Assembly (NCBI GenBank): GCA_963731985.1
Contig: CAVSYA010000012.1
Coordinates: 12,205-76,204 of the forward strand
Length of the DNA: 64,000 nucleotides
Direction: 5' to 3'
Source of the DNA: an uncultured Actinomycetota bacterium
GTDB lineage: Bacteria; Actinomycetota; Actinomycetes; Propionibacteriales; Nocardioidaceae
Made by a program: the position numbers and the translations under genes. The notes under the pieces are model-generated. The model searched no databases. It was given only the letters and a program-made list of their open reading frames with translations, and was not told the origin of the DNA. Shown here piece by piece: positions 40,686 through 50,781 of the stretch; position 1 is the stretch's first letter, and each line of letters opens with the position of its first letter.

Positions 40686-41510
40686 ATGGTGACGACCTCC
40701 GAGCCCCAGGCGTCCGCGGCACCCACCGCGCCCCCGCCCGCGTACTCCTGGTCGCGCTGCGACGCCGTCCTCTTCGACCTCGACGGGGTCGTCACACCGA
40801 CCGCCGAGGTGCACATGCGGGCGTGGTCCACCATGCTCAACGCCTGGCTCGACGACCAGCGCCCGGACGCCCACGAGGGCGCGGACCTCTCCCCCTACAC
40901 CGACGCGGACTACTTCGCCTTCGTCGACGGCAAGCCCCGCTACGACGGGGTGCGGGACTTCCTGGGTGCCCGCGGCGTCGCGCTGCCCGAGGGCGCGCCC
41001 GAGGACCCGCCGTCCGCTGATACCGTCTGCGGGCTGGGCAACCGCAAGAACGAGGCGTTCAACGAGGTGCTCGCGCGCGACGGCGTCACTGCGTATCCCG
41101 GCAGCGTGGCGCTGCTCGACCACCTGCGCGATCGCGCGGTGCCGCTGGCCGTGGTCTCCTCCTCCGCCAATGCTCCCGCCGTGCTGGTGGCCGCGGGCCT
41201 GCTGGACCGCTTCGCGCACGTCGTCGACGGCCGGGTGGCCACGGCCCAGGGCCTGGCCGGCAAGCCCTCGCCCGAGACGTTCCTGCACGCGGCCGCGCTG
41301 CTGGGCGCCGGACCGGAGCGCAGCGTCGTGCTGGAGGACGCCGTGTCCGGGGTGCAGGCCGGGGCGGCCGGTGGCTTCGGCGACGTGATCGGCGTCGACC
41401 GCGGTGCCGGTGAGCAGGTGCTCCGAGGGGCCGGCGCCACGGTCGTGGTCGCCGACCTGGCAGAGCTGGTGCCCGCGGCGTCGACCCGGGCCGGGCAGGG
41501 GCCCCGATGA
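40686..41510 (+). CDS. HAD hydrolase, beta-phosphoglucomutase-like
   Basis: FDLDGV, DGKPRYDG, SSSAN, GKPSP, EDA; overlaps the GH65 gene. Confidence 0.9.
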   Translation: MVTTSEPQASAAPTAPPPAYSWSRCDAVLFDLDGVVTPTAEVHMRAWSTMLNAWLDDQRPDAHEGADLSPYTDADYFAFVDGKPRYDGVRDFLGARGVALPEGAPEDPPSADTVCGLGNRKNEAFNEVLARDGVTAYPGSVALLDHLRDRAVPLAVVSSSANAPAVLVAAGLLDRFAHVVDGRVATAQGLAGKPSPETFLHAAALLGAGPERSVVLEDAVSGVQAGAAGGFGDVIGVDRGAGEQVLRGAGATVVVADLAELVPAASTRAGQGPR

Positions 41511-44125
41511 GGCGCGAGGCCCCCCCACTGGACCCCCGGCGCTGGCCCGCGGACCCGTGGCGGCTCGTCGAGACGGCTCACGAGCCCGCTGACCTCGGCG
41601 TCACCGAGACGCTCTTCAGCGTCGCGAACGGCTACCTCGGCATGCGCGGCAACCCCGAGGAGGGGCGCGACGCGCACGCGCACGGCACCTTCATCAACGG
41701 CTTCCACGAGACCTGGGACATTCACCACGCCGAGGCCGCCTTCGGCTTCGCGCGCACCGGCCAGACCATCGTCAACGTGCCGGACGCCAAGGTGCTCAAG
41801 CTCTACGTCGACGACGAGCCGCTGATCCTCGGCACGGCCGACCTCGAGCACTACGAGCGCTCCCTCGACCTGCGGGACGGCGTGCTGCGCCGCTCGCTGA
41901 TCTGGCGCACGCCCGCCGGCAAGCGGGTGCAGGTGGACTCCACGCGCACCGTCTCCATGGTGGAGCGGCACCTCGCGCTGTTCACCCTCGAGGTGACCAT
42001 GCTCGATGGCGACGCCCCGGTCGTCGTCTCCTCCCAGCTGATCAACCGACAAGACGGCGAGGACGAGTACCACGTCACCGAGCACGCGATGGGCAGCCGC
42101 GGCGACCCGCGCAAGGCGAGCCGCTTCCCGGCCCGCGTGCTGCTCCCGCGCATCTCCTATGCGGACGCCTTGCGCACCACGCTCGGTTTCCAGTGCGCCC
42201 GCTCGGGCATGACCCTGTGCGTCGCCGCCGACCATGCCATCGAGACCGCGGACCACCACGAGGTCGTCCACCGGGCCGGGGACGACCTCGTCAAGGCGGC
42301 ATTCCGGGTCGACGCGACGCGCGGCCAGACGCTGCGCCTGACGAAGTACGTCAGCTACCACACCTCCCGCGGCGTGCCGCCGCTCGAGCTCTCGGACCGG
42401 TGCGACCGGACGCTCGACCGCGCGCGCAGCCACGGCGTGGCGCACTACCACCGGGCCCAGCGGGAGTGGTTCGACGGGTTCTGGCGCGATGCCGACGTCG
42501 AGGTCGCCGCCCGGGTCGACGGCGGCGGCCCGGGGGCAGTGGGGATGCCCGCCCGCGACGGGCGGGTGGCCTCGCCCGAGGCGCTGCAGCAGACGATCCG
42601 CTACAACATCTTCAACATCGCCCAGGCCAGCGCGCGGGCCGACCAGCAGGGCGTGCCCGCCAAGGGCGTCACCGGCTCGGGCTACGAGGGCCACTACTTC
42701 TGGGACGCGGAGGTCTACGTGATCCCGTTCCTCGTCTACACCCAGCCGGAGATCGCCCGGAACCTGCTGCACTTCCGGCGCCGGATGCTGAGGGCGGCGC
42801 GGCAACGCGCTCGCGAGATGGCCCACTTCGGCGCCCTCTTCCCCTGGCGCACCATCAACGGCGAGGAGGCCTCGGCCTACTACGCGGCCGGGACCGCCCA
42901 GATGCACATCGACGCCGACATCGCCTGGGCGCTCGGCAAGTACGTGGACGCGACGGGCGACACCGGCTTCCTGAGTCGCGACGGGGTGGACATCCTCGTG
43001 GAGACGGCGCGGATGTGGGGCGAGCTGGGCTTCTGGCGCTCCAACGGCGATCCTTCCTTCCATATCCACGGGGTCACCGGCCCGGACGAGTACACGACCG
43101 TGGTGAACAACAACCTCTTCACCAACGTGATGGCCCGTCACAACCTGGAGCGCGCCGCGGACGCCGTCGACCTGGTGCGCGCGACCGACCCCACGGCGTA
43201 TGACCAGATGGTGCACCGGCTGGGGTTCGAGGAGGCCGAGACCGAGGAATGGCGACGGTGCGCCGCGGGGATGACCATCCCCTTCGACACGGCGCTCGGG
43301 ATCCACCCCCAGGACGACCATTTCCTGGACCGCGAGGTGTGGGACCTCTCCCGCACCCCGGCAGAGCTGCGACCGTTGCTGTTGCACTATCACCCGCTGG
43401 TGATCTACCGCTTCCAGGTGCTCAAGCAGGCCGACGTCGTGCTCGCGCTGTTCCTGCAGGGCGACCGGTTCACCCTCGAGCAGAAGAAGGCCGACTTCGA
43501 GTACTACGACCCGATCACCACCGGTGACTCGACGCTCTCGGCGATCGGTCAGTCGGTGGTCGCCGCGGAGGTCGGCTATCACGAGGTGGCGATGGACTAC
43601 TTCCGCCAGGCGCTCTACACCGACCTGCGCGATCTGCACGGCAACACGGTCGACGGCCTGCACATCGCCTCCTCCGGCGGCGTGTGGACGGCGCTGGTCA
43701 ACGGGTTCGCGGGGATGCGCGACCACGGCGGGAGGCTCAGCTTCGACCCGCGCCTGCCCGCCGGCTGGGACGCCATCCGCTTCGGCCTGCGCTGGCGGGG
43801 TGGGCGGCTACGCGTCGAGGTCACCGAGGACCACCTCACGGTGGAGGCCATCGAGCCGGGCGACGAACCCAAGGTGGAGCTGATCGTCCGCGGGAAGCCG
43901 CACGTCCTCACCGTCGAGGAGCCCCTGCGAATCGACCTCGACGGGCACGGCCCGCGGCAGGACGGCGCCCTGGGCGACCGCCCGATGATCGGCGGTCGAC
44001 GGGCGGACGGCAGCAAGATCACGGCCGGCGTCCCCGAGCCCCTCGATCCGCCGCCGACCTCGGACCGGCGCAGCCTCACCGGCGGGCCCGACCACGCAGT
44101 CGATCCGCGCGTCCCCCAATCCTGA
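41507..44125 (+). CDS. GH65 alpha-glucoside (trehalose/maltose/kojibiose-type) phosphorylase
   Basis: ANGYLGMRG, KGVTGSGYEGHYFWD, VTGPDEY, KQADVV. Confidence 0.93.
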   Translation: MRREAPPLDPRRWPADPWRLVETAHEPADLGVTETLFSVANGYLGMRGNPEEGRDAHAHGTFINGFHETWDIHHAEAAFGFARTGQTIVNVPDAKVLKLYVDDEPLILGTADLEHYERSLDLRDGVLRRSLIWRTPAGKRVQVDSTRTVSMVERHLALFTLEVTMLDGDAPVVVSSQLINRQDGEDEYHVTEHAMGSRGDPRKASRFPARVLLPRISYADALRTTLGFQCARSGMTLCVAADHAIETADHHEVVHRAGDDLVKAAFRVDATRGQTLRLTKYVSYHTSRGVPPLELSDRCDRTLDRARSHGVAHYHRAQREWFDGFWRDADVEVAARVDGGGPGAVGMPARDGRVASPEALQQTIRYNIFNIAQASARADQQGVPAKGVTGSGYEGHYFWDAEVYVIPFLVYTQPEIARNLLHFRRRMLRAARQRAREMAHFGALFPWRTINGEEASAYYAAGTAQMHIDADIAWALGKYVDATGDTGFLSRDGVDILVETARMWGELGFWRSNGDPSFHIHGVTGPDEYTTVVNNNLFTNVMARHNLERAADAVDLVRATDPTAYDQMVHRLGFEEAETEEWRRCAAGMTIPFDTALGIHPQDDHFLDREVWDLSRTPAELRPLLLHYHPLVIYRFQVLKQADVVLALFLQGDRFTLEQKKADFEYYDPITTGDSTLSAIGQSVVAAEVGYHEVAMDYFRQALYTDLRDLHGNTVDGLHIASSGGVWTALVNGFAGMRDHGGRLSFDPRLPAGWDAIRFGLRWRGGRLRVEVTEDHLTVEAIEPGDEPKVELIVRGKPHVLTVEEPLRIDLDGHGPRQDGALGDRPMIGGRRADGSKITAGVPEPLDPPPTSDRRSLTGGPDHAVDPRVPQS

Positions 44126-44142
44126 CCGAGGCCCCTCCTGGC

Positions 44143-44598
44143 CTATGCCGAGGCGGTAGCACTCAGGCGCTCCAGGCCGCGCTCGAAGTCCCGGGCGATC
44201 ATCTTGTCCATGGGCAGCGCCTTCGTGAGGAGCGCGACGACGCCCGAGCGCTCGCCGGTCATCGTCCAGGTGACCTGGGTGCCCTCCGGGCGCGCCTCGA
44301 ACGTGAAGACGAGGTCGCTGCGGGACGAGAACGGCTTGAGGAACCGCAGGTCCATCTCCGTCCGCCCCGGCTCTGCCCGGATGATGCGCATCCGGCCCCG
44401 ACCGGCCTTGCGGTTGCCCGTCCAGGCGTACGTCGCGCCCTCGCCGGCCGCCGGGCCCGAGTACTCACGATGCAGGGCGGGGTCCAGGTCCTCCCAGGGG
44501 GACCAGGCCTGCCAGGCACGCAGGTCGTCGACCAGCGCCTGCACGCGGTCGGGGGCCGCGGGGACGACGGTGGAGCGCTTGATCTCGAAGGTGGCCAC
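44143..44598 (-). CDS. SRPBCC/START family protein
   Basis: WQAWSPW, G.GATYAW.GN, DFERGL. Confidence 0.88.
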   Translation of the reverse strand: MATFEIKRSTVVPAAPDRVQALVDDLRAWQAWSPWEDLDPALHREYSGPAAGEGATYAWTGNRKAGRGRMRIIRAEPGRTEMDLRFLKPFSSRSDLVFTFEARPEGTQVTWTMTGERSGVVALLTKALPMDKMIARDFERGLERLSATASA

Positions 44599-44656
44599 GA
44601 AAGGTCTCCTGTCCTGTGCCGCAGCGGTCGGTCGAGGGCGAGGGGGCGGCGAAGTC

Positions 44657-45739
44657 TCAGGCGGTCGCGGCGCGCACGCACATCACGTCGGGGAGGTCGC
44701 GCTTGATCTCGCGCCACTCGTCCTCGCCGTCGATCGCGAGCCACACACTGCCGTTGCGCGCGCCGACGTAGAGGCCTGCGTCCGCCCGCTCGTCGAAGGC
44801 CATCGCGTCGCGCACGACGCTGACCCAGAAGGACCCCGGCAGGCCGGCGCCGTACGGGGCCCAGCTCTGGCCGGCGTCCTCGGTGCGCCAGACGCGGGCC
44901 CGACCCCCGGGCGGGAAGCGGCCCTCGCCCCCGTCGAGGGGGAAGACGTAGACGGTCTCGGGCCGGCGCGGGTGCACGACCACCGGGAACCCGAAGTCCG
45001 AGGGCAGCCCGTCGGCGATGGAGTGCCACGAGGCACCCTCGTCGTCGGAGCGGTAGACGCCGCCGTGGTTCTGCAGGAACAGGCGCTCGGCGCGGGAGGG
45101 GTGCCGGTCGACCTTGTGCACGCACTGGCCGAACTCCGGGTACTGCCGGCCCTCCGGCAGGAACTCCGCGCGGATGCCGTCGTTGCGCGGCGCCCAGCTG
45201 GCCCCGCCGTCGGTGGTCGCGTAGACCCCCCCGGTGGAGATCGCGGCCACCAGCGAGTCCGGGTCCGTCGGGTGCGGCAGCAGCGTGTGGAACGCCTGGC
45301 CGCCGAAGCCCGCACCCCACGCGGGGCGGTGCTCGTGGTCCCAGAGCCCGCGTACGAGCGAGAACGTCTCGCCGGCGTCCTCCGAGCGCCACACGGCGCC
45401 CGGCTCGGTCCCGGCCCACACGACGCCGGGGGCCGAGCCGGCACGCAGCTGCCAGACCCGCTCGACCGAGGCCCCGGTGTCCTCCGGAAATCGCAGCGCG
45501 TCGGGCGTGTTCTCCCAGTGGTTGCCGAGGTCATCGGAGCGGCCGACCTGGGGGCCGAGCCAGCTGTTGGACGCACCGACCAGCAGCCGCGGCGAGCCGC
45601 TGCGCGTGTCCACCAGGCAGGAGTAGACCTCCTCCATAGCGAAGTGCGGTCCGTCCCACTCCCAGGCGCGGCGGTCGCCGTCGGAGCGGCCGACCCACAG
45701 CCCCTTGCGCGTGCCCACGAGCACGATCGTCGTCGTCAT
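44657..45739 (-). CDS. BNR/Asp-box beta-propeller protein
   Basis: VGTRKGL and repeated RSxDxGxxW. Confidence 0.87.
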   Translation of the reverse strand: MTTTIVLVGTRKGLWVGRSDGDRRAWEWDGPHFAMEEVYSCLVDTRSGSPRLLVGASNSWLGPQVGRSDDLGNHWENTPDALRFPEDTGASVERVWQLRAGSAPGVVWAGTEPGAVWRSEDAGETFSLVRGLWDHEHRPAWGAGFGGQAFHTLLPHPTDPDSLVAAISTGGVYATTDGGASWAPRNDGIRAEFLPEGRQYPEFGQCVHKVDRHPSRAERLFLQNHGGVYRSDDEGASWHSIADGLPSDFGFPVVVHPRRPETVYVFPLDGGEGRFPPGGRARVWRTEDAGQSWAPYGAGLPGSFWVSVVRDAMAFDERADAGLYVGARNGSVWLAIDGEDEWREIKRDLPDVMCVRAATA

Positions 45740-45815
45740 CCGCCTTTTCTCCTTCTCGCCAGGGTCGCCGGGCCTGGTCCGTCCCCGTTCCCGGCACCCT
45801 AGGGCAGACCGCCGC

Positions 45816-45851
45816 GACGCGGGGGACTCATCGGACGCGGGGAACTCATCG
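45816..45851 (+). repeat. 18-bp imperfect direct repeat in a divergent intergenic region
   Basis: GACGCGGGGGACTCATCG / GACGCGGGGAACTCATCG. Confidence 0.8.
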
Positions 45852-45899
45852 GCGGCGCGACCGGGGCGGGACACACGCGCGGCTGACAGACTGGCGCGG

Positions 45900-46901
45900 A
45901 TGACCGACGAGCACGGGGCGCCGCGGGTGCCGGCGGTGTGGCTGGTGCTTCTGGGCATCGGCTCGGTCCAGCTCGGCGCCGCCGTGGCCAAGAACCTCTT
46001 CGACGAGCTGAGCCCGACCGCGCTCGTGTGGCTGCGCCTGGCCGCGAGCGCGATCGTGCTGCTCGTCGTGGCGCGACCGCGGCTGGCCGGCCGCGACCGG
46101 GTCGACTGGGCCGTGGTCCTGGCCTTCGGTGCGGCGCTGGGCACGATGAACTGGGCGATCTATCAGTCGTTCGCGCGCATCCCTCTCGGTATCGCGGTGA
46201 CCATCGAGTTCATCGGACCGCTCGCGGTCGCGCTGCTGGGCTCGCGGCGTCCGCGCGACCTGCTCTGGGTGGCGCTCGCGGCGACCGGCGTCGTGCTGCT
46301 GGGGCTGGACCCGGCCGACGTGACGACGGCCGGCGTTCTCTTCGCGCTGGTGGCCGCCGCGGCCTGGGCCGCGTACATCCTGCTCAGCGCGCGGACCGGG
46401 AGCCGCTGGCCCGGCCTGGACGGGCTGGCGCTGGCGAGCCTGGTGGCCGCGCTCGGCCTGGCGCCGGCGGCGATCCGATCGGGCGGCGGCGACCTCCTCG
46501 ACCCGCGCCTGATGGCGCTCGGCGCGCTCGTGGGCCTGCTCAGCTCAGTGATCCCCTACAGCTGCGAGCTCGTGGCGCTGCGCCGCCTGCGGCCCGCCAC
46601 GTTCGGGATCCTGATGAGCCTCGAGCCCGCGGCCGCGGCGCTCGCCGCCCTCGTCGTCCTCGGGGAGCTGCTCGCCCCGCTGCAGGTGCTGGCTGTGGCC
46701 TGCGTCGTCGGCGCCAGCGTCGGTGCCACCCGCTCGGGACGCCCCCGGGGCGCATCCGAGCCGGGCGGCGCCGGGCCGGGCGCGGATCCGGGGGCGGATC
46801 CGGGGGCGGATCCGGGGGCGGAGCCGTGGGCAGAGCCGTTCACCGAGACGTCACACAGGATTGACGAGCGCGACCCCTACCCGAGCCCCGAGTCCGACTA
46901 G
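45900..46901 (+). CDS. EamA/RhtA-like transporter
   Basis: SVQLGAAVAK, RIPLGIAVTIEFIGPL, MSLEPA; GADP repeats in the tail. Confidence 0.9.
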   Translation: MTDEHGAPRVPAVWLVLLGIGSVQLGAAVAKNLFDELSPTALVWLRLAASAIVLLVVARPRLAGRDRVDWAVVLAFGAALGTMNWAIYQSFARIPLGIAVTIEFIGPLAVALLGSRRPRDLLWVALAATGVVLLGLDPADVTTAGVLFALVAAAAWAAYILLSARTGSRWPGLDGLALASLVAALGLAPAAIRSGGGDLLDPRLMALGALVGLLSSVIPYSCELVALRRLRPATFGILMSLEPAAAALAALVVLGELLAPLQVLAVACVVGASVGATRSGRPRGASEPGGAGPGADPGADPGADPGAEPWAEPFTETSHRIDERDPYPSPESD

Positions 46902-46965
46902 GTTGGCACCGACCGACCGGGAAGCCCCCACGCTCCGGGCCCACATCTCCATCTCGGGAGTCGCC

Positions 46966-47208
46966 GTGCCCCTCGCCCGCAGTCCCTTGCTCACCGTCGT
47001 CCGGCTGCCGGGGCGCTGGATGCACCATCGCGCCGGGGCGTGGGCCCGGGCATCCCAGCAGGGCTCGCGGCGCAACGCCATGATCGCCTCCACGCGGCTC
47101 GCGCAGCGCCGGTTGGAGGCCGACGAGATTTCCCTCTACCTGGCCGCGCACCCGCTCGCCGCCGCCCGCTCGCTCGCCGAAGCACCCGAGACGCTCGCGC
47201 ACCCCTGA
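46966..47208 (+). CDS. Small hypothetical protein
   Basis: GGGAG SD before GTG; fills the intergenic space in the same direction as its neighbours. Confidence 0.45.
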   Translation: MPLARSPLLTVVRLPGRWMHHRAGAWARASQQGSRRNAMIASTRLAQRRLEADEISLYLAAHPLAAARSLAEAPETLAHP

Positions 47209-47269
47209 TCGGGCATGAGGCCTGTCACGGCTGCCCCCGGCGGCCGCCCCGATGGGGCACAATCCGGTC

Positions 47270-48196
47270 ATGACGCTCGCCGCGAGAGAACCCCGCGCGC
47301 CGTCGGCTCCGGCGCCCCACCCACCCGCGGGGCCCCGCTTCCACGACCTGCGCAGCGCCGACGGGACGCGCATCCGCGTCTGGGACAACGGCGTCGAGGG
47401 CCCGACGGTTCTCCTGGCCAACGGCCTGGGCTGCAACCCCTACGCCTGGCCCTCGCTCCTGGCCGCTGACTGCGGCGTCCGGGTCATCTCCTGGATGCAC
47501 CGCGGCACGGGCGGCTCGGAACGCCCCGAGCGCCGCTCCGCCGCCGGCATCGAGGAGTTCGTGGAGGACGCCGTCGCCGTGCTGGACGACTACGGCGTCG
47601 AGACGGCCCCGGTGGTCAGCTGGTCCATGGGCGTCAACACCGCCTTCGAGCTCGCCCTGCGCCACCCGGACCGGGTCAGCGGCATCCTGGCCGTGGCCGG
47701 CGTTCCCGGCGCCACCTTCCGCACGATGCTCGGCCCGCTGCGACTGCCGCGCGCCGTCACGGAGAGCGTGGCGACCGGCGTGGCCCGCGCGGGGCTGACC
47801 ACCGGGCCGCTGCTCACGACGCTCGCCGGGTGGGTACCCGTCGGGCCGCGCGTCGTCGACGCCCTCTCCCGATCCGGGCTGATGATGCCGATGGCCAACC
47901 CCCCGATGGCCCTCACGGCGGTCCGGGAGTTCCTGACCACCCCGATGGACTGGTACTTCCACATGGCCCTGCTCACGGCGCGCCACCCACGGGTCCCGCT
48001 GGACCAGGTGCGCGCGCCGGCGACGTTCCTCGCCGGCAGCCGGGACCTGCTCGCCGGTCCGCGGGACATGCGCGACGCCGCGGAGCGGATGGTCGACGGC
48101 CGCTACGTCGAGGTCCACGGCACGCACTTCCTGCCCATGGAGCAGCCCGGCGCCGTGCACGAGGCACTCATGGAGCTGCTGGCTATCGTGGGCTGA
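47270..48196 (+). CDS. Alpha/beta hydrolase
   Basis: NGLG, SWSMG nucleophile elbow, GTHF. Confidence 0.88.
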   Translation: MTLAAREPRAPSAPAPHPPAGPRFHDLRSADGTRIRVWDNGVEGPTVLLANGLGCNPYAWPSLLAADCGVRVISWMHRGTGGSERPERRSAAGIEEFVEDAVAVLDDYGVETAPVVSWSMGVNTAFELALRHPDRVSGILAVAGVPGATFRTMLGPLRLPRAVTESVATGVARAGLTTGPLLTTLAGWVPVGPRVVDALSRSGLMMPMANPPMALTAVREFLTTPMDWYFHMALLTARHPRVPLDQVRAPATFLAGSRDLLAGPRDMRDAAERMVDGRYVEVHGTHFLPMEQPGAVHEALMELLAIVG

Positions 48197-49417
48197 GTGA
48201 GCCCGGCCCGAACGACCCCTCGCGCGCCCACCCAATCCCCCGGCCGATCGCCCAGGCGCGCACTCTCGGGTCTCGCCGCCTTGGCGCTCGGACTGCCCCT
48301 CGCCGCCTGCGGCGAGGACGGCAACGGAGTCCCCGCGACCCCCACCGTGACCGCGGACCCCGACTCCTCGGGTCCCGACTCCTCGGCGGGGGACTCGGAC
48401 GGCACGAGCGACCCCGGTGACCAGGGACCCCCCCGGGTGGTCGGCACCGTGGCCTCCGGTCTCGAGGTGCCCTGGGGCCTGGCCTTCCTGCCCGACGGTT
48501 CGGCCGTCGTCACCGAGCGGGACACGCGGCGGGTGCTGCGGGTCGTCCCGGACCCGGGGAACGACGGGACCGGCGGCGAGGCGCAGGTGCAGGAGCTGGG
48601 GATCCTGGAGCAGGCCGAGCCCAACGGCGAGGCCGGCGCGCTCGGGGTGGCGGTGTCCCCCGACTTCGCCGAGGACCGGTCGCTGTTCTTCTACGTCACG
48701 ACCGCGCAGGACAACCGGATCCTCCGGGCCCGGCTGGAGGGGGACCGGCTCGGCGAGCCGGCGGTGGTCCTCGACGGCATTCCCGAAGGCCCGATCCACG
48801 ACGGCGGCCGGCTCGCGTTCGGCCCGGACGGCCACCTCTACGCCTCTACGGGGGAGACCGGGGACCAGCCGATGGCACAGGACCCCGACGTGCTCGGCGG
48901 CAAGATCCTCCGCCTCACGCCGGAGGGGGAGCCACCGCCGGACAATCCCGACCCGTCCTCCCCGGTGTGGACGTTGGGCCACCGCAACGTGCAGGGCCTG
49001 GCCTTCGACAACCGCGACCGGCTGTGGGCGAGCGAGTTCGGGTCGAGCGAGTTCGACGAGCTGAACCGGATCCGCTCCGGGGGGAACTACGGGTGGCCCG
49101 AGGTCGAGGGCCGCGGCGGCGAGGGCAGCTTCGTGCAGCCCGAGGTCGTCTGGCGCACCAGCGAGGCCTCCCCCTCGGGCCTGGCGTGGCTCGACGGCTT
49201 CTTGTGGATGGCCTCGCTGCGCGGCGAGCGGCTGTGGCAGGTCGACGCCACCGGGGAGCAGGCGACCGACCCCACGGCCTTCTTCGTCGGCGAGTACGGG
49301 CGGCTGCGCACCGTGGCCGTCGCCCCCGACGACCGTTTGTGGGTCACCACGTCCAACCGGGACGGCCGCGGGGACCCGGCCGCCGAGGACGACCGGATCC
49401 TCCTCGTCGAGCCCTGA
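48197..49417 (+). CDS. PQQ-dependent sugar/sorbosone dehydrogenase lipoprotein
   Basis: LAAC lipobox, PWGLAFLPDG, HDGGRL, GHRNVQG, NYGWP. Confidence 0.9.
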   Translation: MSPARTTPRAPTQSPGRSPRRALSGLAALALGLPLAACGEDGNGVPATPTVTADPDSSGPDSSAGDSDGTSDPGDQGPPRVVGTVASGLEVPWGLAFLPDGSAVVTERDTRRVLRVVPDPGNDGTGGEAQVQELGILEQAEPNGEAGALGVAVSPDFAEDRSLFFYVTTAQDNRILRARLEGDRLGEPAVVLDGIPEGPIHDGGRLAFGPDGHLYASTGETGDQPMAQDPDVLGGKILRLTPEGEPPPDNPDPSSPVWTLGHRNVQGLAFDNRDRLWASEFGSSEFDELNRIRSGGNYGWPEVEGRGGEGSFVQPEVVWRTSEASPSGLAWLDGFLWMASLRGERLWQVDATGEQATDPTAFFVGEYGRLRTVAVAPDDRLWVTTSNRDGRGDPAAEDDRILLVEP

Positions 49418-49639
49418 GTTGAGCCCAACTGGCCAGAAGGACTTCGATACGGTCATCACCCAGACGCTGGTCGAGGGCGAAGCCTTCCGCGAGAAGCAGG
49501 AACTGGACGCGCAGCTTGAGTACCTATACTCGCGAGTGGATCGCAGGTCGGCTCGTCACCGAACCTCTGCGGCGCACTTCCTCGACGACAAGGACTGACA
49601 CCGCCGGCGGATCCTGCCTCGCGCACCGGGTCCACGACG

Positions 49640-49820
49640 AACTCACCCATCGAGTGCCCTGCTTGCGATAAGTGCCTGCCACTACAGCCGCATCGCTGAT
49701 GAACTCACCGCGCTGCAACTCGCTCCAGAACACCTGCACGTTCTCCGTGATCATGTGATGAGCGAACCGGACGATCAACACCTCCACTCAGTCAGGTGTT
49801 GCGATCACCGCGAGAACCCA
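49640..49820 (-). mobile_element. IS30-family remnant (terminal repeat + transposase N-terminus)
   Basis: GGTTCTCGCGGTGATCGCAACACC end, then FWSELQRGEFISDAA..GTYRKQG; recognised from memory of actinobacterial IS30. Confidence 0.6.
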
Positions 49821-49896
49821 AGCATCCCTCTCTTGGCCCCTGGGCCACTCCGCGCACCAGCCAGCGCGCGCCCCCGCACCCAGCCCCGCGGCAGAC

Positions 49897-50583
49897 TCAT
49901 CGACCATGGTCTGGCGCGGTCGGGTTCTTGAGTCCGTCGAGTATGAGGGTGAGGCCGAACTCGAATTCGTTGCTGAAGTCGTAGCCCGGTTTGAGGACGT
50001 GTTCGGTGGTGAGCTCCACCAGGTAGGGATACTCGCCGGGCGGGAACTGTTCGGTCATCGCTTCGGCGAGTTCGGACATGTCCGCGCCGCCGGTTGCCGG
50101 GAGGTTGGCTTCTTGGAGGGCGAAGCCGTAGATGTAGGAGTCGATGAGGGCGTAGGCGTGGGCGGTCATCTCGATCGAGAGCCCGGCCTGGCGTAGGCAC
50201 CCCAGGACAGCGTCGTGGTGGCTGAGGGTTGCTGGCCCGGGGTTGGCGCGCGACTCCATGAGCGGTGTCGCCCACGGGTGTCGGGCGAGCACCGCTCGGG
50301 CCGATCGTGCTCGGTGCCGCATTGCCGCCTTCCAGTCGATGTTCACCGGGGGCGAGTCGATCTTGGCGAAGATCAGGTCGATCATGCCGTCGATGATGGC
50401 CTCCTTGTGGGGGACGTGGTGGTAGATGGTCATGGGCTTCACGTCGATGGCGGCCGCCAGCTTGCGGATCGTGAAGCCATCCATCCCGACCTCATCAGCC
50501 AGGGCGATCGCGCCCTCGAGCACTCGGTCCCGGCTCAGGACGGCCCGGGTCGGGGCTGCGGTTTCGCTACCCGGTGGTGTCAT
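49897..50583 (-). CDS. TetR family regulator (TetR_C domain)
   Basis: LSRDRV, FTIRKLA, MTIYHHV, FEFGL. Confidence 0.92.
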   Translation of the reverse strand: MTPPGSETAAPTRAVLSRDRVLEGAIALADEVGMDGFTIRKLAAAIDVKPMTIYHHVPHKEAIIDGMIDLIFAKIDSPPVNIDWKAAMRHRARSARAVLARHPWATPLMESRANPGPATLSHHDAVLGCLRQAGLSIEMTAHAYALIDSYIYGFALQEANLPATGGADMSELAEAMTEQFPPGEYPYLVELTTEHVLKPGYDFSNEFEFGLTLILDGLKNPTAPDHGR

Positions 50584-50615
50584 CGCTCGCTCTCCATGGG
50601 CTGTTCCTTGACGGT

Positions 50616-50664
50616 TCGTACTTTGTACGAGTACGTTCTCATGCAGGCATCGTACATAGTACGA
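50616..50664. promoter_or_regulatory. Two TetR operators
   Basis: TCGTAC-TTT-GTACGA (50616-50630) and TCGTAC-ATA-GTACGA (50650-50664). Confidence 0.8.
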
Positions 50665-50781
50665 GCCCGATGCCACCAGACACAGGAGTAGTACCCATGC
50701 CGATCCCGCCCATCAAGACAGGACCCCGCCCGTCGGGCGCCGGCCGATATGCCCCGATCCACTGACGTGAAGAGGTCACCG